Below, in pieces: positions 21,596 to 29,738 of a stretch of 64,000 nt of DNA. The notes under the pieces were generated by a model that did no database searches, was not told the origin of the DNA, and was given only the letters and a program-made list of their open reading frames with translations. This DNA comes from Pirellulales bacterium (GTDB taxonomy: Bacteria > Planctomycetota > Planctomycetia > Pirellulales > JAICIG01). The stretch spans positions 263,371 to 327,370 of the forward strand of contig JBBDYJ010000032.1 of assembly GCA_040901675.1 (NCBI GenBank), given 5' to 3'. The first letter of the stretch is position 1, and the number at the start of each line of letters is the position of its first letter. Position numbers and translations under genes: made by a program.

Positions 21596-21973
21596 CTAAC
21601 CAGCCGGCCAGCGCTCGATGTGGGGGTGTTGCAGGAAGAGGATAATTCGACGCTCCACTGCGGCGGTCAGCTCCCGCAGGAACTCATCGGCCGTGTTGCC
21701 GGAAAACCGCATGGCGGCTCTCATGAGGGCCCCATTCCCCTCCTGCACCGCGTCGAGCAGCGCCCCCGGAGAATCCGGCCGCCAGCGCACCTTGGCAATG
21801 GCCAGCACGCTGGCCAGGCAGCTCTCACAGATTCGGCGCAAAGCGGCCTGGTCTCCTGCCCGGTAGCGGGCCAGTTGCTCGGCGAACCAAGGATCGGCGC
21901 AAACGTCGGTAATCTCGGCGATTCGAGACTCGTAGAGCTCGATAGGCGAAGGGTTGCTATTGCTGGCGATCAA
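21596..21973 (-). CDS. Stand-alone sigma70 region 1.2 + region 2-like protein (no regions 3/4)
   Basis: PIELYESRI...GDQAALRRICESCLASVLAIAK...LLDAVQEGNGALMRAAMRF aligns with group 1 sigma DPVRMYL...GDE...RRLAEANLRLVVSIAK...LDLIQEGNxGLMKAVEKF; TTG start with a GGAG Shine-Dalgarno. Confidence 0.75.
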   Translation of the reverse strand: MIASNSNPSPIELYESRIAEITDVCADPWFAEQLARYRAGDQAALRRICESCLASVLAIAKVRWRPDSPGALLDAVQEGNGALMRAAMRFSGNTADEFLRELTAAVERRIILFLQHPHIERWPAG

Positions 21974-21993
21974 CCTGGCTTCTCCCCATCAAC

Positions 21994-22368
21994 TCATACC
22001 GCGAGCCGAGCACCAAGGCGAATGCTCAGCTTGGAGACGATCAGTTGGTTGAGGCTGATCCCCTCGGCTTCGGCCTCATCCAGGAGTGCCGCGTGCAGCG
22101 ACTTGGGAACCCGTACATGGATCTTGCCGCTCACTTCCCGCCCTGCGTCTTCGGGAGGCCCTTCGGGCAGCCCCTGCAGCAGCTTGGCGATCTTCTTGGC
22201 AGCCCTCGTTTCGGCGAAGGCCTCACGCTCGGCCCGCGTCTTGAAAAGGGCCGTGATCCGGCCGTGTGGCCCGTACAACGTGTTGTGGGCGATCGTCCGA
22301 TTGGTCCGAGGTTTAACCAGCTCTTGCGCAAACCCAAGCGATTGTTGTGCCCGTTGCGAAATCGTCAT
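21994..22368 (-). CDS. HicB-like antitoxin with a C-terminal ribbon-helix-helix domain
   Basis: SGKIHVRVPKSLHAALLDEAEAEGISLNQLIVSKLS; GAGGAG Shine-Dalgarno before the ATG. Confidence 0.8.
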   Translation of the reverse strand: MTISQRAQQSLGFAQELVKPRTNRTIAHNTLYGPHGRITALFKTRAEREAFAETRAAKKIAKLLQGLPEGPPEDAGREVSGKIHVRVPKSLHAALLDEAEAEGISLNQLIVSKLSIRLGARLAV

Positions 22369-22386
22369 CTTGTCTACTCCTCAATG

Positions 22387-23925
22387 TCACGACCACATTT
22401 GCCTGTCCAGCATGCGGTAGTTGATGGCTTCGCTGATGTGCGCGGGGCTGATCCCCTCGCTCTGGTCCAAATCGGCGATGGTGCGGGCCACGCGCAGGAT
22501 CTTGTCGTGGGCGCGGGCCGAAAGACCCAGCTCGTTCACGCTGGCTTTTAGCAGGCCGATACTTTGTTCGTTCAGCTTGCAGTGCTGGCGCGTCTGGCGG
22601 GTGGTCATCTTGGCGTTCAAACGCGTGCGCGAACCGGAAAAACGGGCGGCCTGGATCCGACGGGCGACCACTACCTGCTCGCGCATCTGGCCGCTGGTGG
22701 TGCCCGAAGTGCCGCTGGACAGCTCGCGGAAGGCCACGGCCGGCACCTCCAGGTGGATGTCGATCCGGTCCAACAAGGGGCCGCTGATCTTGGCCATGTA
22801 ACGCTCGACCTGGGGCACCGTGCAGTGGCACTCGCGCCGCGGGTCGTTGCGGTAGCCGCAGGGGCAGGGGTTCAAGGCCGCGATCAGGATAAAATTGGCC
22901 GGAAACGTGGTGCTGGCCAGCGCCCGGCTGATCGTGACCGTGCCGTCCTCGAGCGGCTGGCGGAGCACCTCCAGCGTGCGGCGGTTGAACTCCGGCAGCT
23001 CGTCGAGGAACAAGACGCCGTTGTGCGAAAGGCTGATCTCGCCCGGCGTCGGCGTCGATCCGCCGCCGACCAGGCCCGCGTCGCTGATCGTGTGGTGCGG
23101 GTTGCGGTAAGGCCGCACGGCCAACAGCGGCTGTCCGGCCGGCAACAGCCCCATCGCGCTGTAAATGCGGGTGGTCTCGATCGATTCCTGCGCAGTGAGG
23201 TCGGGCAGGATCGTCGGCAGCCGCTTGGCCAGCATGGTCTTGCCGGAGCCAGGCGGGCCTAGCATCAGCAAATTATGGCCGCCGCTGGCGGCGATGGTGA
23301 TGGCCCGCTTGGCCATCTCCTGGCCGCGGACGTCGGCGAAGTCGACGTCGTAATGGGCCAGGGCGTGAAACCATTCGTCGAGCCGGGGCGGCGTGGGCTC
23401 GATCTCGATGTCGCCGGTCAAAAAGCCGACGGCCTGGGCCACGCTGGAGACTGCGATCACGTCGAGGTCCTCGACCACGGCGGCCTCGCTGGCGCTTTCG
23501 GTGGGAACCAGCAGGCCGACGAGCCCCTCCTGCTTGGCGGCCGCGATGGCCATGGACAGGGCGCCCTTGGTGGGCCGCGTGCTGCCGTCCAGCGCCAGCT
23601 CGCCCACCACGGCGTAGCGATCGAAGCGGTCGCTGATCAACTGCCCGCTGCCGGCCAGGATGCCCAGCGTGATCGGCAGATCGAAAGAGGCGGCCTGCTT
23701 GGGCAGGTCGGCCGGGGCGAGGTTGATGACGATGCGGTTTTGCGGCCGCTGGAAGCCGGAGTTGACGAGTGCCCGCTCGACGCGATAGGTGCTTTCCTTG
23801 ACGGCGGCCTCGGGCAGTCCGACCAGGACGGTCTTGGGCAGCGCGCTGTCGGCAACGTCGACTTCGACCTCGACCGGCAGCGCCTCGATGCCTAACAGCG
23901 AGAAGGTCCGCAGTTTGGCCAGCAT
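22387..23925 (-). CDS. comM: YifB/ComM family Mg-chelatase-like AAA+ ATPase
   Basis: VGLPEAAVKES, INLAPADLPK, GPPGSGKT, PHHT, GVLFLDELPEF, NPCPCG, SGPLLDRID and LSARAHDKILRVARTIADL motifs. Confidence 0.93.
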   Translation of the reverse strand: MLAKLRTFSLLGIEALPVEVEVDVADSALPKTVLVGLPEAAVKESTYRVERALVNSGFQRPQNRIVINLAPADLPKQAASFDLPITLGILAGSGQLISDRFDRYAVVGELALDGSTRPTKGALSMAIAAAKQEGLVGLLVPTESASEAAVVEDLDVIAVSSVAQAVGFLTGDIEIEPTPPRLDEWFHALAHYDVDFADVRGQEMAKRAITIAASGGHNLLMLGPPGSGKTMLAKRLPTILPDLTAQESIETTRIYSAMGLLPAGQPLLAVRPYRNPHHTISDAGLVGGGSTPTPGEISLSHNGVLFLDELPEFNRRTLEVLRQPLEDGTVTISRALASTTFPANFILIAALNPCPCGYRNDPRRECHCTVPQVERYMAKISGPLLDRIDIHLEVPAVAFRELSSGTSGTTSGQMREQVVVARRIQAARFSGSRTRLNAKMTTRQTRQHCKLNEQSIGLLKASVNELGLSARAHDKILRVARTIADLDQSEGISPAHISEAINYRMLDRQMWS

Positions 23926-23960
23926 CGCGTTGGCGTCCGGTTGTGACCGCCCGGCGAGTC

Positions 23961-24040
23961 AGGCGAAATGCCTGGAATCGCCCTCCCGGCGGCCAGCCTA
24001 TTGTGCAGCCTGGTTGGGCGGGTTGCAAGCAAGTCGATGA
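23961..24040. repeat. Copy 1 of a duplicated promoter region (TTGCAA-N17-CACAAT on the minus strand)
   Basis: cggccagcctattgtgcagcctgg (23990-24013) versus cggccagcatattgtgcagcctgg (24499-24522), with flanking similarity. Confidence 0.75.
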
Positions 24041-24067
24041 AGTCCGGGGCGCACTTGCCGCGATAGT

Positions 24068-24433
24068 TCAGAAAGAGATCGATACTGAAAAGGGCACGCT
24101 GAAGTCTTCTGGCAGAGAATCTGCCTCGTGAATGATCTGGGTCACCGTCATGCCGTGATACGGCTTGAGCAAGCGCGCGTGGAAATCGTCGCCTGCACCG
24201 GTTGCCGTTCCATGCCGGACATGGTCGCGATTCTGAAAATGCCAACTGAGGAGCTTGTGGATGGCCCGAGTAAAATCCGTGGCCTGCTCCAGCGACAGCG
24301 TCTCGCCCATCGCCGCGATCGAGCTGTGGAAGCTCGCATCGTCCGTCGTGTCGAGCGTTGGGGAACTGCAGCCACTGAGTGCAAGCGAGCAACCAAACAC
24401 AGCCGTCAGAATGACATGATGCAGGGTTCGCAT
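24068..24433 (-). CDS. Lipoprotein, DUF6694-like
   Basis: Lipobox LSGC followed by PTLDTTDDASFHSSIAAMGETL...YHGMTVTQIIHEA; start MRTLHH at 24433. Confidence 0.6.
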   Translation of the reverse strand: MRTLHHVILTAVFGCSLALSGCSSPTLDTTDDASFHSSIAAMGETLSLEQATDFTRAIHKLLSWHFQNRDHVRHGTATGAGDDFHARLLKPYHGMTVTQIIHEADSLPEDFSVPFSVSISF

Positions 24434-24469
24434 TTTCGTCCGTCCGGTCGTCGGCGCCTTGTGCGCGTA

Positions 24470-24549
24470 GGGCGACATGCCCGAAACCGCAGGTTTGCCG
24501 GCCAGCATATTGTGCAGCCTGGCGAGGGCGGCCGCAAGCCAGGAGATGA
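24470..24549. repeat. Copy 2 of the duplicated promoter region (TTGCGG-N17-CACAAT on the minus strand)
   Basis: Aligns by eye with 23961-24040. Confidence 0.75.
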
Positions 24550-24559
24550 CTTTACAGTG

Positions 24560-25483
24560 CTACGCGCCGGCGGGTAGCGGGCGGCGGAGGCGGCGGCGGA
24601 GAATGACCGCTGCGAGCAAGCTGGGAATGCTCAACACGGCAAGCCAAGGGGCCAGCGCCACCAGCGCCAAAAGCACCTTCTGGCCGACAAGGACCAGCGC
24701 GCTCCAGGAGCCCTCGAAGACCCGCCGGATCTGCGTGGCGAAGGTGGGCGCCTGCTCGGGCCGGTAGTCGCGGATTTCCTCGCAGCGCAGCGTGACCGTG
24801 GCCAGCGACGTCAGGTCCGAGAGCACCCGCAGGCGGCCTTCCATCCGCTCGACCTCGCCGCGGACGCGGGCGATCTCGCGTTCGACGGCCAGCACGTCTT
24901 CCAGCTTGCCGGTCCGCTCGTCCAGCAGCTTCAGCAGCCGCGCCTCCTCCTGCTTCGAGTTGCGGATGCGGGCCTCCAGATCGAAAAACTCTTCGGTCAC
25001 CTCCTGCGAGCGGGTGCTGACCGTGCGGATCTCCCCCAGGTCGCGGGCGGCCGCGACGAAGTCGTCGAAGCGCTGCGCCGGCACGCGAATCTGCCACTCG
25101 CCGCGGCGGGGCCGGCCCTGCGAGCCACCCAACCGCGAGTTGGCAACGAACGCATCGAAGCGGCTGACGAGCGCATGGACTTTGCCCGCCACGGGCGAAA
25201 AGTCCTCGACCACCAGATCGAGCTCGGCGTTGAAGATGATCTTGCGGGCGGGTGCCTTCAGCGGCCCGGCCGCCGGTTGCTTGGGCTCCGCCTCGCCGCC
25301 CATTGCGTGCGCGGCCTCGTCGCCGGCAGCGTCATCCTGCTCGATGCGGGTAACGGCCGGGGCGTCCCAGCCGGACTGCTCCGCCGTGCCGCTCGGCGAT
25401 ACTGCCGACCGTCCGCACCCCGCGGGCAAGAGTGTGCAAACAAACAAGGCCGCACACGCGGCAAACATCCAAGCGCATCTCAT
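24560..25483 (-). CDS. DUF4349 family lipoprotein with a C-terminal transmembrane helix
   Basis: PAGC lipobox; RKIIFNAELDLVV, IRVPAQRFD, EVTEEFFDLEAR and EIARVRGEVERMEG motifs. Confidence 0.88.
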   Translation of the reverse strand: MRCAWMFAACAALFVCTLLPAGCGRSAVSPSGTAEQSGWDAPAVTRIEQDDAAGDEAAHAMGGEAEPKQPAAGPLKAPARKIIFNAELDLVVEDFSPVAGKVHALVSRFDAFVANSRLGGSQGRPRRGEWQIRVPAQRFDDFVAAARDLGEIRTVSTRSQEVTEEFFDLEARIRNSKQEEARLLKLLDERTGKLEDVLAVEREIARVRGEVERMEGRLRVLSDLTSLATVTLRCEEIRDYRPEQAPTFATQIRRVFEGSWSALVLVGQKVLLALVALAPWLAVLSIPSLLAAVILRRRLRRPLPAGA

Positions 25484-25715
25484 GGTTTCACCTTTCGAGT
25501 GCCCCCGGTAGATCCTGGCCACAATGCTCCTCGCTTTGTTTAGATGCTCCGGGCGGGCGGAAAATTCCCAGTGGCCGCCGGAACAGGACTTTTTGGATGT
25601 TTCCTGGGCAGCGAAGACCGATAAGACTGGAAAGCCGCGCCGATTCCAGGCATGCTATTGACGCGCCAGTTCGGCCGCCGGCCGTTGAATCGACTTAAGC
25701 TGTGAACCCACGCTC

Positions 25716-26816
25716 ATGCCCATCGAATTTCGCTGCCTCCAATGCGGCAAGCTGCTGCGAACCGGCGACGACACGGCTGGCAAGCAGGCCAAGTGCCCCT
25801 CGTGCGGGAGCATTCAGCAGATACCGGCGAGTTCCGTTCCAGCAGCGGCTCCCGACCAAGATCTCGGGCCGGCGGCCGAGCCCACGTATGGGCTGGCCCC
25901 GGAGCCGGTCGCGGCTCGCAATCCGTTTCAACAGGCGCCTGCCGCAAGATCTCCCCAGGACGAAGCCAACCCGTACCGCTCGCCCGCCGCATCGCTGGCT
26001 CCCGATGCCCCGCCGACGGTGCCGGGACAGTTGCGCCCAAGCCGCATCGATGTCGGCGACATGTTGACAAGCACCTGGGAGATTTTCAAGCCCCAGATGG
26101 GGATGTGCATCGCCGTGGCAATCACCTGTATTGTCTTGAACATTGCGATCCAACTCATAGGCCAGGCAGTTGAAAACATTGCTCAAGCCATTGGGCCCGT
26201 GGAGGTCTTCCTCGTCGTAAGCATTGCCTCCGAGATCATTCAGTGGTGCGTTCAAGTTTGGCTGGCCGCCGGGCAGGCGTTGTTCATGTTGCGAGTCGGA
26301 CGCGGTGCAGATGCCCCGTTTACCTTAGTGTTTGCCGGGGGGCCCTACTTAATTCGAATCATTCTGGCCACGATTCTATTGGGGCTGCTGACCCTGACCG
26401 TGCTGGCAATGTGCGGCCTCCCGGCCTTGATCGGTTACGTCACCACGCGCGACCAGAATCTAACATTGGGCCTGGGTGCTTTTGGTGTCTTGTTGGGAAT
26501 TCCGCTCCTTATGTACGTTTCACTAACCTTCTCGCAAGTCCAATTCCTGATCATCGACCGGAACATTGGCCCCGTGGAGTCGCTGCTCACGTCGCGCCAG
26601 ATCACTCCCGGCAACCGGCTTGCCATATTGGCACTGTATATAATCGCAACGTTCCTAATCGTCGGCGGTTTTTTTGCCTGCCTGATCGGCGCGGTCTTTA
26701 CACTTCCGTATTCGATGTTGCTGTTCGCCGTCGTGTACCTGGCCATGACCGGCCAGCCGACCGCGGATCAGTGGCTCCAGCAGCCGCCTGGCCGGGTGCC
26801 CGTGCCGACGACTTAA
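25716..26816 (+). CDS. Zinc-ribbon plus multi-pass membrane protein (DUF975-like)
   Basis: MPIEFRCLQC...KCPSC, Pro-rich linker with NPY motif, then about six hydrophobic segments. Confidence 0.8.
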   Translation: MPIEFRCLQCGKLLRTGDDTAGKQAKCPSCGSIQQIPASSVPAAAPDQDLGPAAEPTYGLAPEPVAARNPFQQAPAARSPQDEANPYRSPAASLAPDAPPTVPGQLRPSRIDVGDMLTSTWEIFKPQMGMCIAVAITCIVLNIAIQLIGQAVENIAQAIGPVEVFLVVSIASEIIQWCVQVWLAAGQALFMLRVGRGADAPFTLVFAGGPYLIRIILATILLGLLTLTVLAMCGLPALIGYVTTRDQNLTLGLGAFGVLLGIPLLMYVSLTFSQVQFLIIDRNIGPVESLLTSRQITPGNRLAILALYIIATFLIVGGFFACLIGAVFTLPYSMLLFAVVYLAMTGQPTADQWLQQPPGRVPVPTT

Positions 26817-26830
26817 GACCGTCGCTCGCG

Positions 26831-27140
26831 ATTGAGACGCCAGCCCGTCCGCCGGCCGTTGGATCGACTTAACCCGGAAAAAACCCAGACCATGCCCATC
26901 GAATTTCGCTGCCTTGAATGCGGCAAGCTAGTTCGTACCGGCGACGACACGGCCGGCAAGCAAGCCAAGTGCCCATCGGGCGGGTGCCTTCAGCAAGTAC
27001 CGACGGGTTCTGCCGCTGAAGAGGCTCCCGACCAGATTCTCAGGTCAGCAGCTCAGCCTACGTATGGACTTGCTCCGGACGCATCTTTGCGGGCGACATG
27101 CTGACAAGCACCTGGGAGATCTACATGGCCAGATGCGGAT
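26831..27140 (+). pseudogene. Degenerate tandem duplicate of the upstream region and 5' end of 25716..26816
   Basis: MPIEFRCLECGKLVRTGDDTAGKQAKCPSG from 26892; later ggcgacatgctgacaagcacctgggagat matches about 26054-26082 out of frame. Confidence 0.85.
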
Positions 27141-27278
27141 CTTGTACCAAGGGTAGTTGCGGATGCAGTTGATTCACCCAAAGGCATGGCAATAGTGTAT
27201 CATGCAAGCCGGGAGTTCAAACGACACAATCCGCGATGATGCGAAATCGCGGCCGGCTCGTCCAAAGGAGATCTTTCC

Positions 27279-27827
27279 GTGGCGGAAGCGCCTGAGCGGC
27301 TCGAAAAGGCCACCTTCGGCGGGGGTTGCTTCTGGTGCACCGAGGCGGTCCTCCAGCAGCTCAAGGGAGTACACTCGGTAGTCTCCGGCTACAGCGGAGG
27401 CGGCCTGCCGAATCCGACGTACCGCGACGTCTGCTCGGGCACGACCGGACATGCCGAGGTGATTCAAATCAGCTTCGACCCCAACGTGATTTCATATCCG
27501 GAGCTGCTCGAAGTCTTCTGGAAAACGCACGACCCGACGACGCTCAACCGGCAGGGGAACGACGTGGGCACGCAGTACCGCTCGGTCGTCTTCTATCACT
27601 CGGACGAACAGCGCGAACAGGCCGAGCACATCAAGCGAAAGCTGGACGAGTCCGGCGCCTGGGGCGCCCCGATCGTCACCGAGATCGCGCCGCTGACGGC
27701 CTTCTATCCGGCCGAGGGCTATCACCAGAATTACTACAACGATAACTCGCGGCAGCCGTACTGCTCGGTGGTGATCGGCCCCAAGCTCGACAAGGTGAAG
27801 AAGGTATTCCAGGACAAGCTGAAATAG
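27279..27827 (+). CDS. msrA: Peptide-methionine (S)-S-oxide reductase
   Basis: GGGCFWC, TGHAEV, DPTTLNRQGND-GTQYRS and YHQNY motifs. Confidence 0.96.
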   Translation: MAEAPERLEKATFGGGCFWCTEAVLQQLKGVHSVVSGYSGGGLPNPTYRDVCSGTTGHAEVIQISFDPNVISYPELLEVFWKTHDPTTLNRQGNDVGTQYRSVVFYHSDEQREQAEHIKRKLDESGAWGAPIVTEIAPLTAFYPAEGYHQNYYNDNSRQPYCSVVIGPKLDKVKKVFQDKLK

Positions 27828-27830
27828 CCG

Positions 27831-29738
27831 TCAATCGGGCACGGCCGTGTTGAGCGCCCGGCGGAGCCGATCGAGCTGCGGGGCGTATCGAGGATCGCCG
27901 GACAGATCGTGCTCCTCACGCGGGTCGGCGTCGAGACGGTAGAGCAGCTCCACTCCGCCGCCCTGGCGGATGTACTTCATCCCCTCCAGCGTGATCGACT
28001 GCATCGGGCCCCCGGCCACCGGCGAGCGGCCATGATCGGGCGGGTACCGGGATGGCGTGGCGATCTGCGAGATCACGGGCACTGCCTCATCGTCGCCGGC
28101 CGACGGCACGACATTCAAGAGCGAGCGGCCCGCGAAGGGGTGGCGGCTGCCGTCCTCCAGCATCGTGGCCACCGTGGCGGGGATGTCGGCCAGGCTCACG
28201 GCATCGGGCACGCGCACGCCGCCGGCAACGCCAGGGCCGATCAAGATCAGCGGCACGTGCAGCACCGGCTGGTACAAGCTGTTGCCGTGCAAGAACAGGC
28301 CGTGCTCGCCGAAATGCTCGCCATGGTCGGACGTGATGATCACCAAGGTGTTTTCCAACTCGCCGCGGTGATCGAGCTCAAAGAACAACTGCCCCAACCG
28401 CAGGTCGAGGTAGCGGATGCAGTCGTGGTAGGACTGCCGTGCCAGGGTAATCAGCTCCGGCGACAACTTGAGCTTGTCGATCCACCACCAGTGGCTGATA
28501 GCCAGCCGCTCTTCGACGCTTTCGAGCGGACGACGGCCTCCCGTGGGCGGCACATACGGATCGTGGGCGTCCCAGTAGTTGAGGAAAGCAAAATAGGGCC
28601 GCCGCTCGCGCTGGTCGAGCCAGGCCAAAAAATCCGCATTGAGCCGGTCGGCCGTCTTGCGCCCGGGCCAGTTGGCGTGGCCGCAACGCGCCGGGACATT
28701 GCTCATCAGGAGTTTGCGGCCCAGGGCGGTGCACAGCGCGAACTCGCCCCACGAATGGCCATAATCCTCGTAGTGGGCGAAGCCGCGTGCCAGGCCGGTC
28801 TCGCGGCTGGTGTAGCGCGTGTTGGCCACGAATCCGGCCGTTTCATAGCCGCGAGCGGCCAGCCACTCGGCCAGCGTGGTCTGACGGCCGTCGAGCGGCG
28901 AGCTCCAATCGCACGACAGCTCGTGCGGCAGCAGCCCGGTAAACATCCCCGCATGGGCGGGAAGCGTCCAAGGCGCGGTTGAAAGCGCCTGCTCGAAGAC
29001 CACGCCTCCGGCGGCCAGCCGATCGAGGTTAGGAGAAGCATCGCCGCCCTGACCGTGCAGTCCCAAGGCGTCGGCCCGCACCGTATCGAGCACGATCAAG
29101 ATGACGTTGGGCGCGCCACGGGGCGGGGCCGGCAGCGCCGACAGGGCGGCGCGCTCGGCTTGCCAGGCATGTCCTTCGGCGACCGCGGCGATCAGGGCCA
29201 CCGCCACCGGCAGCCAGACGGCGCCGCGTCGAACGGCGGCCAGCACGGTCCGGCCATGTCGCTCCGCCAGCCGGCCCGTGGCCGCCGCCAGTCCGAGCGC
29301 CAACATGGCCTGCGCCATGGTGTGCAGCTTGGGCACCAGCAAAACAAGGTTGAACCAGCCGGCAAAGGCGAGCAAAGTGACCACCAGAGACAGCAGTGCC
29401 GGCTGCGGCCGCCGGCCTGCGACCCAAGCCAGCCCGAGCGCCGGCAGCGCGAAGACCGCAAGCTGGGCTATCGGCGCCATCCAGAGATAGCCGTGCCCCT
29501 GGGCAATGAACTCGCCGAGTACGTGGCGCCTGAACGCCCAATGAGCTGCTTCGAGCAGTCCGGTGAGCAGCGCCAAGCAGAGCGCCAGGCGCAGCACGTC
29601 GGCGGGCCGCAGGTCAGGCGCGGGCGCGGCCGTTCGCCGGGTCGCCGCCGGCCGCTGGACGCCGGCAGCCGGCCGCGCCGCGTCGGTTTCCACCGGGTCC
29701 AGCACCGCCAGGGCGGGCACTTCACTTCGGCTCGTCAT
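27831..29738 (-). CDS. Membrane-anchored sulfatase-like hydrolase/transferase (Thr nucleophile)
   Basis: About five N-terminal TM helices; PNVILIVLDTVRAD, APWTLPAHAGMFTG, DAHDPY, SDHGE and HVPL motifs. Confidence 0.88.
   Translation of the reverse strand: MTSRSEVPALAVLDPVETDAARPAAGVQRPAATRRTAAPAPDLRPADVLRLALCLALLTGLLEAAHWAFRRHVLGEFIAQGHGYLWMAPIAQLAVFALPALGLAWVAGRRPQPALLSLVVTLLAFAGWFNLVLLVPKLHTMAQAMLALGLAAATGRLAERHGRTVLAAVRRGAVWLPVAVALIAAVAEGHAWQAERAALSALPAPPRGAPNVILIVLDTVRADALGLHGQGGDASPNLDRLAAGGVVFEQALSTAPWTLPAHAGMFTGLLPHELSCDWSSPLDGRQTTLAEWLAARGYETAGFVANTRYTSRETGLARGFAHYEDYGHSWGEFALCTALGRKLLMSNVPARCGHANWPGRKTADRLNADFLAWLDQRERRPYFAFLNYWDAHDPYVPPTGGRRPLESVEERLAISHWWWIDKLKLSPELITLARQSYHDCIRYLDLRLGQLFFELDHRGELENTLVIITSDHGEHFGEHGLFLHGNSLYQPVLHVPLILIGPGVAGGVRVPDAVSLADIPATVATMLEDGSRHPFAGRSLLNVVPSAGDDEAVPVISQIATPSRYPPDHGRSPVAGGPMQSITLEGMKYIRQGGGVELLYRLDADPREEHDLSGDPRYAPQLDRLRRALNTAVPD

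Noticed and set aside
27831..29738. Classical formylglycine-dependent sulfatase
   Set aside because: No C/S-x-P-x-R motif; Thr and His occupy those positions
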